In this document: piece after piece, positions 8,473 through 19,163 of the stretch | How the letters are laid out: each line of letters begins with the position of its first letter | How positions within the stretch are numbered: position 1 is the stretch's first letter | Made by a program: the position numbers and the translations under genes | Notes under the pieces: model-generated | What the model was told of the DNA's origin: nothing | Database searches by the model: none | The model's input: only the letters and a program-made list of their open reading frames with translations | Assembly: GCA_024635455.1 (NCBI GenBank) | Contig: JAGXIU010000003.1 | Coordinates: 226,446-290,445 of the forward strand | Origin: Candidatus Saccharimonadota bacterium | GTDB taxonomy: Bacteria > Patescibacteriota > Saccharimonadia > Saccharimonadales > SLHW01 | DNA length: 64,000 nt | Direction of reading: 5' to 3'

Positions 8473-9987
8473 TTACTCTTTATCTTTATCTGATTTTTTT
8501 GAAAACTTAGAGAGGAAACGACGCTTTGCCTTTGGCCCATCAGTACTTTTTTCGTCCCCAATTTCGCCAAAGAAATCAGGTTGTTCATATTGATCGTATG
8601 TAATCATGAGTGCACGAGACTCTATCTTTCTTAGGGACTCAAGTGCGACGGCTACAAGAATCAAAATACTAGTACCAGAAATAGCTAGGTTATTACCAAT
8701 AAATACTTCGCCAATTATTGGTATGGTAGCAATAAGACCAAGTGCAGTCGCACCAAATAAGGTCAATCGATTCACGACAAGACTAAGATACTTTTCAGTC
8801 TCTTTCCCGGGCCGAATATCTGCTATGAAGCCACCTTGTTTCTGAAGGTTTTCAGCAATCTCTTTGGCGTTAAACGTAATATTTGTATAGAAGAATGTGA
8901 AAGCAAATACTAATATGAAATACACGACAGGATAGATATAGAAAGTCAGGCCTCCTTCAATAAATCCTTGCGCAGTTGGCGGTGCAAACCACTCTGATAG
9001 ATTGGTACCGAGTCGCTGCCAATCTGCGTTTGCAGAACTCGTTAGCAGCTGACCGGCAAAACTAGGAATGCTCAAGAAAGCCACAGCAAATATAATCGGT
9101 ATAACTCCGGCTGTAATCATTTTGACCGGTAGCGTCGTTGTGACACCGCCATATGCACGGTTACCTTGCACCCGCTTGGCATAATTAATTGTAAGCTGAC
9201 GTGAAGCTTCGTTTAGCTTCACAACAAGTACAGTTAATAGAATGACCGAGAAGAGTAGTATAGAAGCCACAATAAGTTGTGTTTGATTAATCGGCAAAGA
9301 AAAACCAAATAGATTTAGCGAGCTTGTGTCATCAATAATTGAACCACCTAGAGAACTAATAGTAGTTGGAAGCTCACTCACAATACTAGCTGTGATGAGT
9401 AGTGAAATACCGTTACCAACCCCTTGTTCTGTAATCAGCTCACCGAGCCACATCAGGATCATGGCGCCAGCCGTCAAAGCACTTACCATAAGCACCCACT
9501 GCCAAATACTCACGCCAGCTGATATTTCGGTTACTGAGCCACCTTCAATTGAAGCAACGGCTTGACGTACTAGGAAAATCGCACCGATTGACTGAATGAT
9601 AGCAAGTGGAAATGTCAGAATACGAGTGTATTGATTTATCTTTTTTCTACCGAACTCGCCCTCTTTGTTAAGCGCTTCAAGCTTCGGAATTGCACGCGTT
9701 AATAACTGCATAATAATGGACGCGTTAATATATGGGATAAGTCCGACAATCATTATTGAGAAGTTTGCTAAGGCTCCGCCAGAAGCTAAGTTAAGTAGGC
9801 CAAGAAATTGTGATCCGCCTCCAGCAGTCAGAACCGTGTCAAGAATCTCACGTAACGACTGTGGGTCACTGACCGGAATTGGTATAACCGCCATAAGACG
9901 AAATACGAGTATAATACCTAGCACTGCCAAAAGTCGACTACTCATATCCGAGTTTCGAAGTGATTTCCAAATTATCTTCCAGTTCAT
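8473..9987 (-). CDS. secY: Preprotein translocase SecY
   Basis: GLIPYINASIIMQLL, GVGNGISLLI, AGVIPIIFA, IRPGKET; multiple TM segments. Confidence 0.97.
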   Translation of the reverse strand: MNWKIIWKSLRNSDMSSRLLAVLGIILVFRLMAVIPIPVSDPQSLREILDTVLTAGGGSQFLGLLNLASGGALANFSIMIVGLIPYINASIIMQLLTRAIPKLEALNKEGEFGRKKINQYTRILTFPLAIIQSIGAIFLVRQAVASIEGGSVTEISAGVSIWQWVLMVSALTAGAMILMWLGELITEQGVGNGISLLITASIVSELPTTISSLGGSIIDDTSSLNLFGFSLPINQTQLIVASILLFSVILLTVLVVKLNEASRQLTINYAKRVQGNRAYGGVTTTLPVKMITAGVIPIIFAVAFLSIPSFAGQLLTSSANADWQRLGTNLSEWFAPPTAQGFIEGGLTFYIYPVVYFILVFAFTFFYTNITFNAKEIAENLQKQGGFIADIRPGKETEKYLSLVVNRLTLFGATALGLIATIPIIGEVFIGNNLAISGTSILILVAVALESLRKIESRALMITYDQYEQPDFFGEIGDEKSTDGPKAKRRFLSKFSKKSDKDKE

Positions 9988-10085
9988 ATACGTATAATCC
10001 TCACATTGTTAACGCTGACATATCTCAGCAGATAGTATAACGCACACTCGCCAAATCTGCGTTTTTGGCGAGCAAGCAGATACAC

Positions 10086-10559
10086 CTATTTTGTTTTCTT
10101 CTCACTAGTCTTTTCTCGTTGTAAAACGTTGACAATCGTGAATGATCCTCCAGCTTTTTGAATAGCATCAATCGCGGACTGGCTGGCCGCCTGTAGTTTA
10201 ACATCATAAGCTGCCGCTGCCTCACCGCGTGAGAGTAGCTTCACTCGAGCGTATTGGCTGGAGATAAGCTTTGCTTCAGCTAGCACAACATTGTCAATCG
10301 TCTTTGAACCAACAGACTCTAGCTGGTCAATGTGGACATTTTCTGCTTTTGCACGATGTGAACGAAAGCCAGGTATTTTTGGAATACGTTGAATAAGTGG
10401 GTTTTGACCACCTTCGAAACCAGGACGCTTACCATTACCAGCTCGCGCACGTTGACCTTTGGTTCCACGACCAGCAGTTTTACCACGACCAGCACTAATA
10501 CCTCGACCTGATCGAGAGGCGTTTTTGTGTGATTGTAGCTTTAGTTCGTTGAATTTCAT
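10086..10559 (-). CDS. rplO: 50S ribosomal protein L15
   Basis: GRGISAGRGKTAGRGTKGQ, GFEGGQNP. Confidence 0.97.
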   Translation of the reverse strand: MKFNELKLQSHKNASRSGRGISAGRGKTAGRGTKGQRARAGNGKRPGFEGGQNPLIQRIPKIPGFRSHRAKAENVHIDQLESVGSKTIDNVVLAEAKLISSQYARVKLLSRGEAAAAYDVKLQAASQSAIDAIQKAGGSFTIVNVLQREKTSEKKTK

Positions 10560-11107
10560 GATTTACTCTCTTTGCTAACCTTGGCTTTTTTATCTTTTGT
10601 AGAAGACGTAGTCGTAATCCATTCACTCTTTGGCTTTAAGCTTTCGAGCGCTTTTAATACTGCGTACGAAATATTCAACTTATTCGATGAGCCGATAGAC
10701 TTTGACAGTACATCCTGTACACCAGCTACCTCAAGTATGGTACGTATAGCGCCACCGGCAATAATTCCTGTTCCTGGTGAAGCCGGCTTGATGAGTATCT
10801 GCGCACCCGATACTTTGGTTTCAGCTTCATGCGGTATAGTCGTCTTATATAAGCTTATTTGTTTGATGTTTTTCTTTGCAACATCGACAGCTTTCGATAT
10901 CGCTGTTGTTACATCAGCACCTTTTGCAGAGCCGACACCAACTTTTCCTTTGTGGTCTCCTACAACTACAAGGGCACGAAATCGGAAGCGACGTCCACCC
11001 TTTACGACACGAGCAACACGATCAATGTTGACAACGCGTTCATCGTACTGCTTTTCTTCCCTTAATGCTGCATTGTGTTGTGGTGAATTACCTCTTTGTG
11101 TAGCCAT
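10556..11107 (-). CDS. rpsE: 30S ribosomal protein S5
   Basis: RVARVVKGGRRFRFRALVVVGD, PASPGTGIIAGG. Confidence 0.97.
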   Translation of the reverse strand: MATQRGNSPQHNAALREEKQYDERVVNIDRVARVVKGGRRFRFRALVVVGDHKGKVGVGSAKGADVTTAISKAVDVAKKNIKQISLYKTTIPHEAETKVSGAQILIKPASPGTGIIAGGAIRTILEVAGVQDVLSKSIGSSNKLNISYAVLKALESLKPKSEWITTTSSTKDKKAKVSKESKS

Positions 11108-11109
11108 AA

Positions 11110-11469
11110 TTAAAACTCCAATCCGTTTTTACGCGCGGCATCTGCAAGCGCTTGTATTCGACCATGATACAGCCGCCCGTTTCTATCAAACACAACCTGC
11201 TTTACCTTTTTCTTGGTAGCTTGTTTTGCAATTTCTTCACCAATAGCAGCTGACTTATCGGTCATGGTTCCGGTTAGTTTCTTGTCACGTCCGACCGTGC
11301 TGATACTTAAAATCGTGTGTTGCTTATCGTCATCAATAATTTGAGCACTGATATGTTTATTGCTGACATATACGCACAATCGAGGCCGCTCTGCGGTACC
11401 ACGAATACTACGTCGAATTTTTCGCTTTCGTTGCAACAGATTTTGTTGTTTTTTAAATAATCTATTCAT
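11110..11469 (-). CDS. rplR: 50S ribosomal protein L18
   Basis: RPRLCV, VVFDRNGRLYHGRI. Confidence 0.96.
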   Translation of the reverse strand: MNRLFKKQQNLLQRKRKIRRSIRGTAERPRLCVYVSNKHISAQIIDDDKQHTILSISTVGRDKKLTGTMTDKSAAIGEEIAKQATKKKVKQVVFDRNGRLYHGRIQALADAARKNGLEF

Positions 11470-11480
11470 AGTGTTATCCT

Positions 11481-12023
11481 TTATTCCTTCCCTGTCCCAG
11501 ATTTACCGCTTTTACGTATAATTCTTTCGCCTACATAGGCAATGCCCTTACCCTTATACGGCTCTGGTTTGCGAAGAGCGCGAATTTCGGCAGCGGCTTG
11601 ACCAACTTGCTGTTTATCATATCCGCTTACTGTGATTGTGTTCTTCTCTACAGAGGCTGTGATTCCTTCAGGCAGACGGTAGGTCACTTCGTGCGAGTAG
11701 CCGATACTGAATTTTAGTTCGGGCCCGGCAAGCGATACACGGAATCCAACTCCAGTTAGCTCGAGTTTTTTCTCGAAGCCCTCAGTTAGACCAGTTACCA
11801 TATTAAATATAAGTGTTCGCATCAAGCCATGCTTTGAACGATACTCTGCTTCATCATTCTTCCTCTCAACGACACACGTTGCGCCGTCAACAGATACGGT
11901 TATACCCTCGAATGTTGCCTGTTGAAGTGTGCCTTTGGGCCCCTTCACTGTGATAACATCTGGGTCGACAGTGATTGTCACACCGTTTGGTATTTCGATC
12001 GGTAGTTTTCCTATTCGACTCAT
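11481..12023 (-). CDS. rplF: 50S ribosomal protein L6
   Basis: MSRIGKLPI, RKPEPYKGKGI. Confidence 0.97.
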   Translation of the reverse strand: MSRIGKLPIEIPNGVTITVDPDVITVKGPKGTLQQATFEGITVSVDGATCVVERKNDEAEYRSKHGLMRTLIFNMVTGLTEGFEKKLELTGVGFRVSLAGPELKFSIGYSHEVTYRLPEGITASVEKNTITVSGYDKQQVGQAAAEIRALRKPEPYKGKGIAYVGERIIRKSGKSGTGKE

Positions 12024-12038
12024 AATATAGTTCCTTAC

Positions 12039-12446
12039 TTAGTAGACCTTACAAATTAATTCACCGCCAACGCCAAGCTTTTTCGCTTCAGTTCCGGTAA
12101 TGACACCCTTACTGGTAGAGACGATCACAATGCCTCGTCCGCGTTTTACAGTTGGGATAGCGTCAGAACTTGAGTAGTAACGACGACCGGGTTTACTCAT
12201 GCGACGTATCTCGGTGATTCGTGCATTAGATTCTGGTGCATTAATAATAATATTCATTGTTTTACCAACGGTTGCCTTTTCGATAGTAACCGAATCAATA
12301 AATTTATTTTTTGCCAATTGCTTAGCTATGGCTTCTTTAACGTTGGAATGAGGAACTGAGACTTGATGCTTGCGCACAAGTATAGCGTTCCTGATTCTTG
12401 TCAGCATGTCTGATATTGGGTCATTGAGTACTGTTGGGTTTGACAT
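12039..12446 (-). CDS. rpsH: 30S ribosomal protein S8
   Basis: DPISDMLTRIRNA, SKPGRR, STSKG, GGEL. Confidence 0.97.
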   Translation of the reverse strand: MSNPTVLNDPISDMLTRIRNAILVRKHQVSVPHSNVKEAIAKQLAKNKFIDSVTIEKATVGKTMNIIINAPESNARITEIRRMSKPGRRYYSSSDAIPTVKRGRGIVIVSTSKGVITGTEAKKLGVGGELICKVY

Positions 12447-12458
12447 ATAATATTCTCC

Positions 12459-12728
12459 TTACCAGCTCGACTTTGTTACGCCAGGTATCTCACCTTTGCT
12501 GGCATGTTCTCGAAATGCAATTCTTGATAATCCGAACTGTCTCATATAACTTCGTGCTCGGCCGGTTTGGCTACAACGATTGGTTCGACGAGTCGGCGAT
12601 GAATTACGTGGTAACTGATGCAATGCATCAAAGTCACCAAGTTCTTTCAGCTCAGCACGTTTCTTTTCGTACTTTGCTATCATCTTCATGCGCTTTTCGT
12701 CTTTTACTATCAATGATTTCTTCGCCAT
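12459..12728 (-). CDS. rpsN: 30S ribosomal protein S14, 89-aa zinc-free type
   Basis: [36 protein letters not shown]; only one Cys. Confidence 0.96.
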   Translation of the reverse strand: MAKKSLIVKDEKRMKMIAKYEKKRAELKELGDFDALHQLPRNSSPTRRTNRCSQTGRARSYMRQFGLSRIAFREHASKGEIPGVTKSSW

Positions 12729-12733
12729 AGTGG

Positions 12734-13330
12734 TTACTCCTTACTCTTTTCAAATGGCATACCAAATTTCTCTAGTAGTAGTTTAGAATGGCTTGCTTGT
12801 TGTGCCTTAATAACAAACACAGCCTGCAGCCCGTGGACTGTCGTTGTTTCCTCATAAGATAATTCAGGAAAAACTGATTGATCGGTAAGCCCAATACTGT
12901 AGTTGCCAGACTTATCAAATGACTTATTGCTAACTCCGCGGAAGTCACGTAGACGAGGAAGGATTAGCGATATCAGTCTATCTGCAAATTCATACATACG
13001 ATCGCCACGTAAAGTTACTTTCATGCCAATCTTGTTTCCCTCACGAAGCTTAAACCCAGCGACAGATTGCTTGGCAGCAAGCTCGATTGGCTGCTGACCA
13101 GTAATTTTCCGGACTGTATTCGCTGCAACTTCGAGAAGCTTCTTGTCGTCTTTGGCTCGGCCGAGTCCGACATTAATAACGATCTTCTCCAAACGTGGAG
13201 CTTCGTGTATATTTGCCAAGCCAAGTTCTTCCTGTAATTGCTTTCTGATGGTTTGATTGTAATCTTGCTTCAGGCGAGGTATGTATGCCTGCTTAGAAGC
13301 AGCTTTTGTAGTAGTTTTTGCTGTAGCCAT
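12734..13330 (-). CDS. rplE: 50S ribosomal protein L5
   Basis: [28 protein letters not shown]. Confidence 0.97.
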   Translation of the reverse strand: MATAKTTTKAASKQAYIPRLKQDYNQTIRKQLQEELGLANIHEAPRLEKIVINVGLGRAKDDKKLLEVAANTVRKITGQQPIELAAKQSVAGFKLREGNKIGMKVTLRGDRMYEFADRLISLILPRLRDFRGVSNKSFDKSGNYSIGLTDQSVFPELSYEETTTVHGLQAVFVIKAQQASHSKLLLEKFGMPFEKSKE

Positions 13331-13674
13331 TATGCTATCTCCTTTCCTGATGGACGAAGAACGCGAACTTTTTCGCCTTTATCGTTAAGCTTATAGCCAA
13401 TACGAGCAGATCGCTTCGCAGTAGCGTCATAGTAGCCAACCTTGCTTACTGCTATAGGTTTTGTGAACTCTATGATGCCACCTTGTGGGTGCTCGCGATT
13501 AGGCTTCAAGTGTTTCTTGATGATGTTAATACCTTCTACAGTCACCGTGTTGTCTTTCGGGTGCGTTTGTTGCACAGTACCAGTCTGACCTTTGTACTTG
13601 CCGGATCGAACGATGACCTTATCACCTTTTTTCAGGCGAATTTTATAAATTGGCGTATTCTGTTGCTGTTTCAT
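13330..13674 (-). CDS. rplX: 50S ribosomal protein L24
   Basis: KKGDKVIVRSGKYKG KOW motif, VEGIN. Confidence 0.95.
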   Translation of the reverse strand: MKQQQNTPIYKIRLKKGDKVIVRSGKYKGQTGTVQQTHPKDNTVTVEGINIIKKHLKPNREHPQGGIIEFTKPIAVSKVGYYDATAKRSARIGYKLNDKGEKVRVLRPSGKEIA

Positions 13675-14042
13675 TAGAGAACCTCCGGCGCTAAGCTAAT
13701 TATCTTGGTGTAGCCCATATCACGAAGTTCACGAGGCACTGGACCAAAAATACGTGTACCCTTTGGTAGCTTATCTTCACCAATTATAACTGCTGAATTA
13801 TCATCAAATGCAATGGTTGAGCCGTCCTTACGCTGTATAGCCTGCCTTGATCGAACAATGACTGCCCGGACAACCGTCTTTTTCTTTACACCGCCAGTTG
13901 GACTTGCTGATTTTACTGAAGCAACAATTTGGTCACCAACTCGAGCATAACGCTTACCTGACCCACCAAGTACACGAATGCAGAGCAACTCTCTTGCTCC
14001 CGAGTTGTCACAAACTGCTACTCTAGATTCTTGTTGTATCAT
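13674..14042 (-). CDS. rplN: 50S ribosomal protein L14
   Basis: [31 protein letters not shown]. Confidence 0.97.
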   Translation of the reverse strand: MIQQESRVAVCDNSGARELLCIRVLGGSGKRYARVGDQIVASVKSASPTGGVKKKTVVRAVIVRSRQAIQRKDGSTIAFDDNSAVIIGEDKLPKGTRIFGPVPRELRDMGYTKIISLAPEVL

Positions 14043-14320
14043 GATGCGTCCTCTTGGTTTGTCGCCTCTTTGTGTTCGATTGGCGCACGAGTGATGATTT
14101 GCTTGAGTGTGAAGTGCTTGTGTCGACTTATTGGCGTTGTCTCTGTAACTTCAACGGTATCGCCAACCGCGGCTTCGTTCTTCTCGTCATGCGCTTTAAA
14201 GCGACGTGTAATTGAATATTGCTTTCTATATATTGGGTGTGTCTTGCGTCTTTCAACAGAAACAACAATGGTTTTATCTGCTTTATCAGACGAGACGACA
14301 CCGATTAGTGATTTACCCAT
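14039..14320 (-). CDS. rpsQ: 30S ribosomal protein S17
   Basis: [28 protein letters not shown]. Confidence 0.96.
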   Translation of the reverse strand: MGKSLIGVVSSDKADKTIVVSVERRKTHPIYRKQYSITRRFKAHDEKNEAAVGDTVEVTETTPISRHKHFTLKQIITRAPIEHKEATNQEDAS

Positions 14321-14519
14321 TGAGGTTCTCCTTTGCTAATTGTTCGCCTAGGACAGTCAACATCCGTGCAAGATCTTTTCGCTTGGTGCGGATTGCGCGA
14401 ACATTTTGTACTTCACCAGTCCGTACTCGTTGCTTTAACTCAGCAATCTCATCACGGAGCTTAGTGCTTTCAACTGTCAGGTCTTTGGTTGGTAGTTTAC
14501 GGATTTCAGCAATTTTCAT
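14313..14519 (-). CDS. rpmC: 50S ribosomal protein L29
   Basis: Position between rplP and rpsQ; RKDLARMLTV. Confidence 0.93.
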   Translation of the reverse strand: MKIAEIRKLPTKDLTVESTKLRDEIAELKQRVRTGEVQNVRAIRTKRKDLARMLTVLGEQLAKENLNG

Positions 14520-14520
14520 A

Positions 14521-14934
14521 CTAGAGATCCTCCTTTATCAGAAAGCGTGTCTTAACGGGCAACTTGTGAGAAGCCAATCGCATCGCTTCGCGTGCTACCT
14601 CTTCGGTGACACCTTGCATCTCGAACAAAATTGTTCCTGGCTTAACCTTTGCAACGTAGTATTCAGGATTTCCCTTACCACTGCCCATCTTCGTTCCGAG
14701 AGCTTTAGTGGATACAGAAATATGTGGAAATATACGAATCCAGATTTTACCACCGCGTTTAATATAGCGAGTCATCGCTTGACGAGCTGACTCAATTTGA
14801 CGACTGGTAATACGATCATGACTTTGGGCCTGTAATGCATAGTCGCCGAAAGCTATGAAGTGACCAGCTGTGGCAGGACCACGTACACGGCCCTTGAATG
14901 TTTTTCGGTATTTACTTCGTTTGGGCATTAACAT
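14521..14934 (-). CDS. rplP: 50S ribosomal protein L16
   Basis: [27 protein letters not shown]. Confidence 0.97.
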   Translation of the reverse strand: MLMPKRSKYRKTFKGRVRGPATAGHFIAFGDYALQAQSHDRITSRQIESARQAMTRYIKRGGKIWIRIFPHISVSTKALGTKMGSGKGNPEYYVAKVKPGTILFEMQGVTEEVAREAMRLASHKLPVKTRFLIKEDL

Positions 14935-15566
14935 TATCGTGTCTCCCCTTTGTAGATCCAGACCTTAACACCAATGATGCCAGAACCTGGGTATTTTGCT
15001 CGAGCTGCATGGTATTCAACATCCGCACGCATAGTGTGTAGAGGAACACTACCTTCAACTGTACGTTCCATCCGGCTCATCTCGGCACCGCCAAGTCGGC
15101 CTGCCACCTCGATACGAATACCCTTTGCGCCAGCACGCATTGTGGCGGCTGCTGCTGATTTTGTCGCACGACGAAAAGCTATACGCTTCTCAAGTTGATA
15201 GGCAATATTTTCTGCTACAAGTTTTGCATAGAGTTCTGGCTTTTTGATTTCTTCGATGTTTACGCGTGTTGGTACATCATAAATTTTTTCAATTGCATCT
15301 TTTAGTTCCTGTACACCGGCTCCACCGCGCCCAATAACGACACCAGCTTTTGCTGTCTGGATAGTCACAGATACGAGGTTTGGTGAACGTTCGATATCTA
15401 CCTTATTAATAGACGCTCGTGAACCAAGCTTAGTACCGATGAGTTTACGAACCTTTAAATCTTGCGTTAAGAAATTTGAATAGTCACGCTTATCAGCGAA
15501 CCATTTGCTGCGCCAGTTCTTATTGAGCTGGAGGCGCATGCTGATTGGATTTACTTTTTGTCCCAT
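14934..15566 (-). CDS. rpsC: 30S ribosomal protein S3
   Basis: [33 protein letters not shown]. Confidence 0.97.
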   Translation of the reverse strand: MGQKVNPISMRLQLNKNWRSKWFADKRDYSNFLTQDLKVRKLIGTKLGSRASINKVDIERSPNLVSVTIQTAKAGVVIGRGGAGVQELKDAIEKIYDVPTRVNIEEIKKPELYAKLVAENIAYQLEKRIAFRRATKSAAAATMRAGAKGIRIEVAGRLGGAEMSRMERTVEGSVPLHTMRADVEYHAARAKYPGSGIIGVKVWIYKGETR

Positions 15567-15961
15567 TACTTTGCCTCCTTCTTTGTGGCTGGTTGTTTAC
15601 TGGCGGATTTCTTCGCTTTTGGCTGTCGCTGTGCTCCATCAACGATAACTCGGATGTGTGAAGTCTTTAGCTCGTAGGGAAGAGCCATACCTCGAGCTGC
15701 TGGACGAAAGCGTTTATAACGAGGACCAGGAGTCACGGTTATTTCTTTGATGTACAGTGTGTCGGGCTTGAAATTATGGTTGTAGTCGGCGTTAGCAGCT
15801 GCACTTTGAATAGCTTTCTTGACTGCAATCGCTGAGCGACGCGGGGTATGGTCAAGAATTGTCAAAGCATCTGCCACGCTGCGACCACGAACTAAGCTCA
15901 CGACTTCACCGACCTTCCGCGGTGCAATGCGTACATTCTTTGCCAAAGCTTTAACAGACAT
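15566..15961 (-). CDS. rplV: 50S ribosomal protein L22
   Basis: RIAPRK, SAAANA, RFRPAARG, TSHI. Confidence 0.96.
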   Translation of the reverse strand: MSVKALAKNVRIAPRKVGEVVSLVRGRSVADALTILDHTPRRSAIAVKKAIQSAAANADYNHNFKPDTLYIKEITVTPGPRYKRFRPAARGMALPYELKTSHIRVIVDGAQRQPKAKKSASKQPATKKEAK

Positions 15962-16236
15962 TACTTAGCCCCTTTCGCGAGTTTGCCACCGTGCGAACGG
16001 AACTTACGAGTTGGCGCAAATTCACCGAGTTTGTGCCCAACCATATTCTCTGTGATGAAAACAGGTACGTGCACTTTGCCGTTGTGAACAGCAATTGTCT
16101 TACCGACAAATTCTGGTGGAATAGTACTAGAACGTGCCCATGTCTTAATGATGGTACGATCTTCTGATCCGAGTGCTGCCACTTTCTTAGCAAGCTTCGG
16201 GTCGACGAATGGTCCTTTTTTTAGTGAACGACTCAT
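15961..16236 (-). CDS. rpsS: 30S ribosomal protein S19
   Basis: [31 protein letters not shown]. Confidence 0.97.
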   Translation of the reverse strand: MSRSLKKGPFVDPKLAKKVAALGSEDRTIIKTWARSSTIPPEFVGKTIAVHNGKVHVPVFITENMVGHKLGEFAPTRKFRSHGGKLAKGAK

Positions 16237-16245
16237 ATATACTCC

Positions 16246-17082
16246 CTACTTTCTCTTTCTTTCATGACGGCTACGAATAATTTGTTTACTGGTACGCTTG
16301 CGACGACGTGTGCGATAACCGAGTGTCTTTTGCCCCCAAGGTGTAACTGGGTCTCGACCAACGCCATGTGAGCCACCGTCACCACCACCATGCGGGTGAT
16401 CCGCTGCATTCATTGCGATACCACGAACGGATGGACGGATACCTTTCTTGCGGTTACGACCAGCTTTACCAATCTTGATATTCTGATGTTGTTCATTGCC
16501 AACTGCACCAAGTGAAGCCTGACAGCTGTTATGTACGGTGCGGACTTCCCCACTCGGGAGTTTAATTTGAACTAGCTCGCCTTCTTTTGCTACTAGTTGT
16601 GCACGAGCACCGGCAGAACGGACAATTTGAGCGCCTCTTCCAGCTTGTAGTTCAATTGCGTGTATAACGCTACCGACTGGTATATTCGCCAATGGCAAAC
16701 GATTGCCATGCTCGATATCGGCGTCTTCGCCACTGCGTATCTCCATGCCAACTTTCATGCGAATGCCTGCAAGTACGTAATGGTATGCGCCTTCTTGGTC
16801 TTTGATACGAGCGATACGAGCACTTCTGTTTGGGTCATATTCGATTGCCTCAACAGTAGCTATCGTACCTGCAGGTAATGCAAAGTTAACGTTTCGATAA
16901 AATTGACGAACACCTCCACCTTTGTGTCGGGTTGTGATACGTCCCTGATTATTGCGCCCGCTTGTTTTTCGCTTTTTTGAGAGCAAAGATTTAATTGGCT
17001 TTTTAGCCGTAATTGCTGACATATCTTGTGATGTCATTCCTCGGGCGCCAGGTGTGGTTGCTTTGTACTGTTTTATAGCCAT
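16246..17082 (-). CDS. rplB: 50S ribosomal protein L2
   Basis: GRNNQGRIT, IEYDPNRSA, RPSVRGIAMN, DHPHGGG. Confidence 0.97.
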   Translation of the reverse strand: MAIKQYKATTPGARGMTSQDMSAITAKKPIKSLLSKKRKTSGRNNQGRITTRHKGGGVRQFYRNVNFALPAGTIATVEAIEYDPNRSARIARIKDQEGAYHYVLAGIRMKVGMEIRSGEDADIEHGNRLPLANIPVGSVIHAIELQAGRGAQIVRSAGARAQLVAKEGELVQIKLPSGEVRTVHNSCQASLGAVGNEQHQNIKIGKAGRNRKKGIRPSVRGIAMNAADHPHGGGDGGSHGVGRDPVTPWGQKTLGYRTRRRKRTSKQIIRSRHERKRK

Positions 17083-17417
17083 TACTTCTTCTCCTTGCGC
17101 TTGTTGGCTTTTTCGCTTGCCTCATCGATTGCCGCAAATACAGGAATATTGTCACCAGCCTTGATAGTTACGTACGCTCGCTTGACATCACGTCGTTTAC
17201 CGATAGTTGCACGGCCTCGCTTCTGGATCATTCGTTTGCGCTTACCTTTCGAGACACTAACATTTACTGCAATGACATTTACATCGAAACGGTCTTCTAC
17301 TGCTGCCGCAATTTGCTGCTTGTTGACGTCTGTAGGAACATCAAATACATAGACGTTCTTTGCATTACTTAGGTCATAAGCTTTTTCGCTAACTCTTGGT
17401 TGTAAAATCATACTCAT
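17082..17417 (-). CDS. rplW: 50S ribosomal protein L23
   Basis: PRVSEKA, YVFDV, KRAYVT; start placed at the ATGA overlap with the rplD stop. Confidence 0.94.
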   Translation of the reverse strand: MSMILQPRVSEKAYDLSNAKNVYVFDVPTDVNKQQIAAAVEDRFDVNVIAVNVSVSKGKRKRMIQKRGRATIGKRRDVKRAYVTIKAGDNIPVFAAIDEASEKANKRKEKK

Positions 17418-18055
17418 CGCTTCTCTCCTAGCCAAGTGTCAATCGTTTCAAGTGCCTCTTTTTCAAGCAATATTGCATCAGCGTTTAAGACATCGTATAC
17501 GTTTAGGTACTGTGCCTGTACATAAATAACATTTGATATGTTTTTAGTCGCTCGGATTAAATCATCGTTCTTATCTTTCACAACAACGAGAGTTGATCCA
17601 GCTAAATTCATTTTATCCAACAATTGCTGGAATAGCTTGGTCTTAGCTTCTTTAAGCTTGATCTCTTCAATAACATGAACGATGCCACTGTCGAGTGCAA
17701 GACTAAGAGATTGCCGTAAAGCGGCCCGTTTTGCACCGGCGTGCATACGCTTGCTATGATTTTCGGCACCAGTTGGTCCAAATGTGATACCACCACCGCG
17801 CCAAATTGGGCTACGGATAGAACCTGCGCGAGCACGTCCAGTTCCTTTTTGCTTCCAAGGCTTTCGGCCTCCACCTCGTACATCGCCACGGAGCTTAGTT
17901 TTTGCTAAAGCTGAACGCCCGTTTGCCAAGTATGTCGTGTATGCTTGCTGCATAAGATCGTGCTTTTCAGGGATATTATCAAAAACTGTCTTATTGAGCT
18001 TTACCTGAGTGGTCGCTTTTGCGCCAGATTTTGTATATGTAGTTGGAGTTTTCAT
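17414..18055 (-). CDS. rplD: 50S ribosomal protein L4
   Basis: GGGRKPWKQKGTGRARAGSIRSPIWRGGG. Confidence 0.97.
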   Translation of the reverse strand: MKTPTTYTKSGAKATTQVKLNKTVFDNIPEKHDLMQQAYTTYLANGRSALAKTKLRGDVRGGGRKPWKQKGTGRARAGSIRSPIWRGGGITFGPTGAENHSKRMHAGAKRAALRQSLSLALDSGIVHVIEEIKLKEAKTKLFQQLLDKMNLAGSTLVVVKDKNDDLIRATKNISNVIYVQAQYLNVYDVLNADAILLEKEALETIDTWLGEKR

Positions 18056-18056
18056 G

Positions 18057-18671
18057 CTAAGCCTCCCCCTTTATCATAACAATGCCTTTTTTTGGCCCAG
18101 GTACGGCACCAACGAGGCCAATGATGCCAAGTTCTTTATCGACAATAGCGACAGTAAGATTTTTCACCGTTACTTGCTCACCGCCCATTTGACCGGCCAT
18201 TTTTTTACCCTTGAAGATTTTCTGTGGGTACATAGATCCGATTGAACCGACTCGACGTGTAGCACCTTTAGCACCGTGTGTCTTGCGTTGTCTACTAAAA
18301 TTATGTCGCTTGATAGTGCCTGCCCAACCCTTACCTTTACTGGTAGCAGTTACAGAAACAGTATCGCCAACTGAAAAGACCTCTGAGGTTATCTGTGAAC
18401 CAACCTTGAGGTCTTCTGGAATTTGATCAACGCGAACTTCACGCATAATTTTTGCGTTAGCGTTTGATGGCTTTAGGTGACCAGCCTGAGGCTTCGTTTG
18501 TTGCTTTGATTCTTCCGCGCCAATCTGCAGAGCGGTATAACCGTCTGTTTCATTAGTTTTTATTTGCGTAATAACGCTCGGACTAGCGGAAAGCAACGTC
18601 ACAGCAGAAACTGTACCATCGTCTGTGATGATACTTGTCATGCCGACCTTTCTTGTAATAAGTGCTTTCAT
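18057..18671 (-). CDS. rplC: 50S ribosomal protein L3
   Basis: KVGMT, DGYTALQIG, SKGKGWAGTIKRH, GKKMAGQMG, GAVPGP. Confidence 0.97.
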   Translation of the reverse strand: MKALITRKVGMTSIITDDGTVSAVTLLSASPSVITQIKTNETDGYTALQIGAEESKQQTKPQAGHLKPSNANAKIMREVRVDQIPEDLKVGSQITSEVFSVGDTVSVTATSKGKGWAGTIKRHNFSRQRKTHGAKGATRRVGSIGSMYPQKIFKGKKMAGQMGGEQVTVKNLTVAIVDKELGIIGLVGAVPGPKKGIVMIKGEA

Positions 18672-18819
18672 AGTTAACTCTATATTCCCTGTTTATTCCC
18701 TGGTTTAATACTCAACTCCCTGAGCATAAAAATGCTTGGTTGCTCACTGGTTTCCATCAGTAGTTACCGATTAGACCTGTTGAACATACCAAGTACCAAA
18801 GTTATTGCTATACCAAGAC

Positions 18820-18849
18820 ACATTAGCAGACAAACACTACTTCTGTCAA
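18820..18849 (-). promoter_or_regulatory. Putative promoter for the rplC-headed operon
   Basis: TTGACA-N18-TAATGT with TGn extension. Confidence 0.55.
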
Positions 18850-18884
18850 GATGTTGCAAATTCTACATGTATATCAGGCTCAGT

Positions 18885-18918
18885 ATAAACCCGACACACA
18901 ATAGTCTGTCGGGTTTAT
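18885..18918. repeat. Perfect 12-bp inverted repeat
   Basis: ATAAACCCGACA-N10-TGTCGGGTTTAT. Confidence 0.75.
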
Positions 18919-19163
18919 GAATGATTAATGTACACTTTATCAGAGAAGTTATTTCTGCCTATAAACATAAAGATACTGATAAATTACGCATTACATGCGT
19001 TTTATATTTATCATGCCTTGTCTATATATATTCTTACACTGATAGAGAGCTGCGTGCGCATTCATGCATAACAGCATTTTGCACTTGTTCACTACGCACC
19101 ATCACTGGAGCACAAAGCCACTCGTGCTTAATCCTAAAGGTTGCTATAAAATACATCTTGATT

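Noticed and set aside
18921..19163. N-terminal 81 codons of the 244-aa ORF
   Set aside because: AT-rich, palindromic and not protein-like; ATG 19164 after a -10-like box is more plausible.
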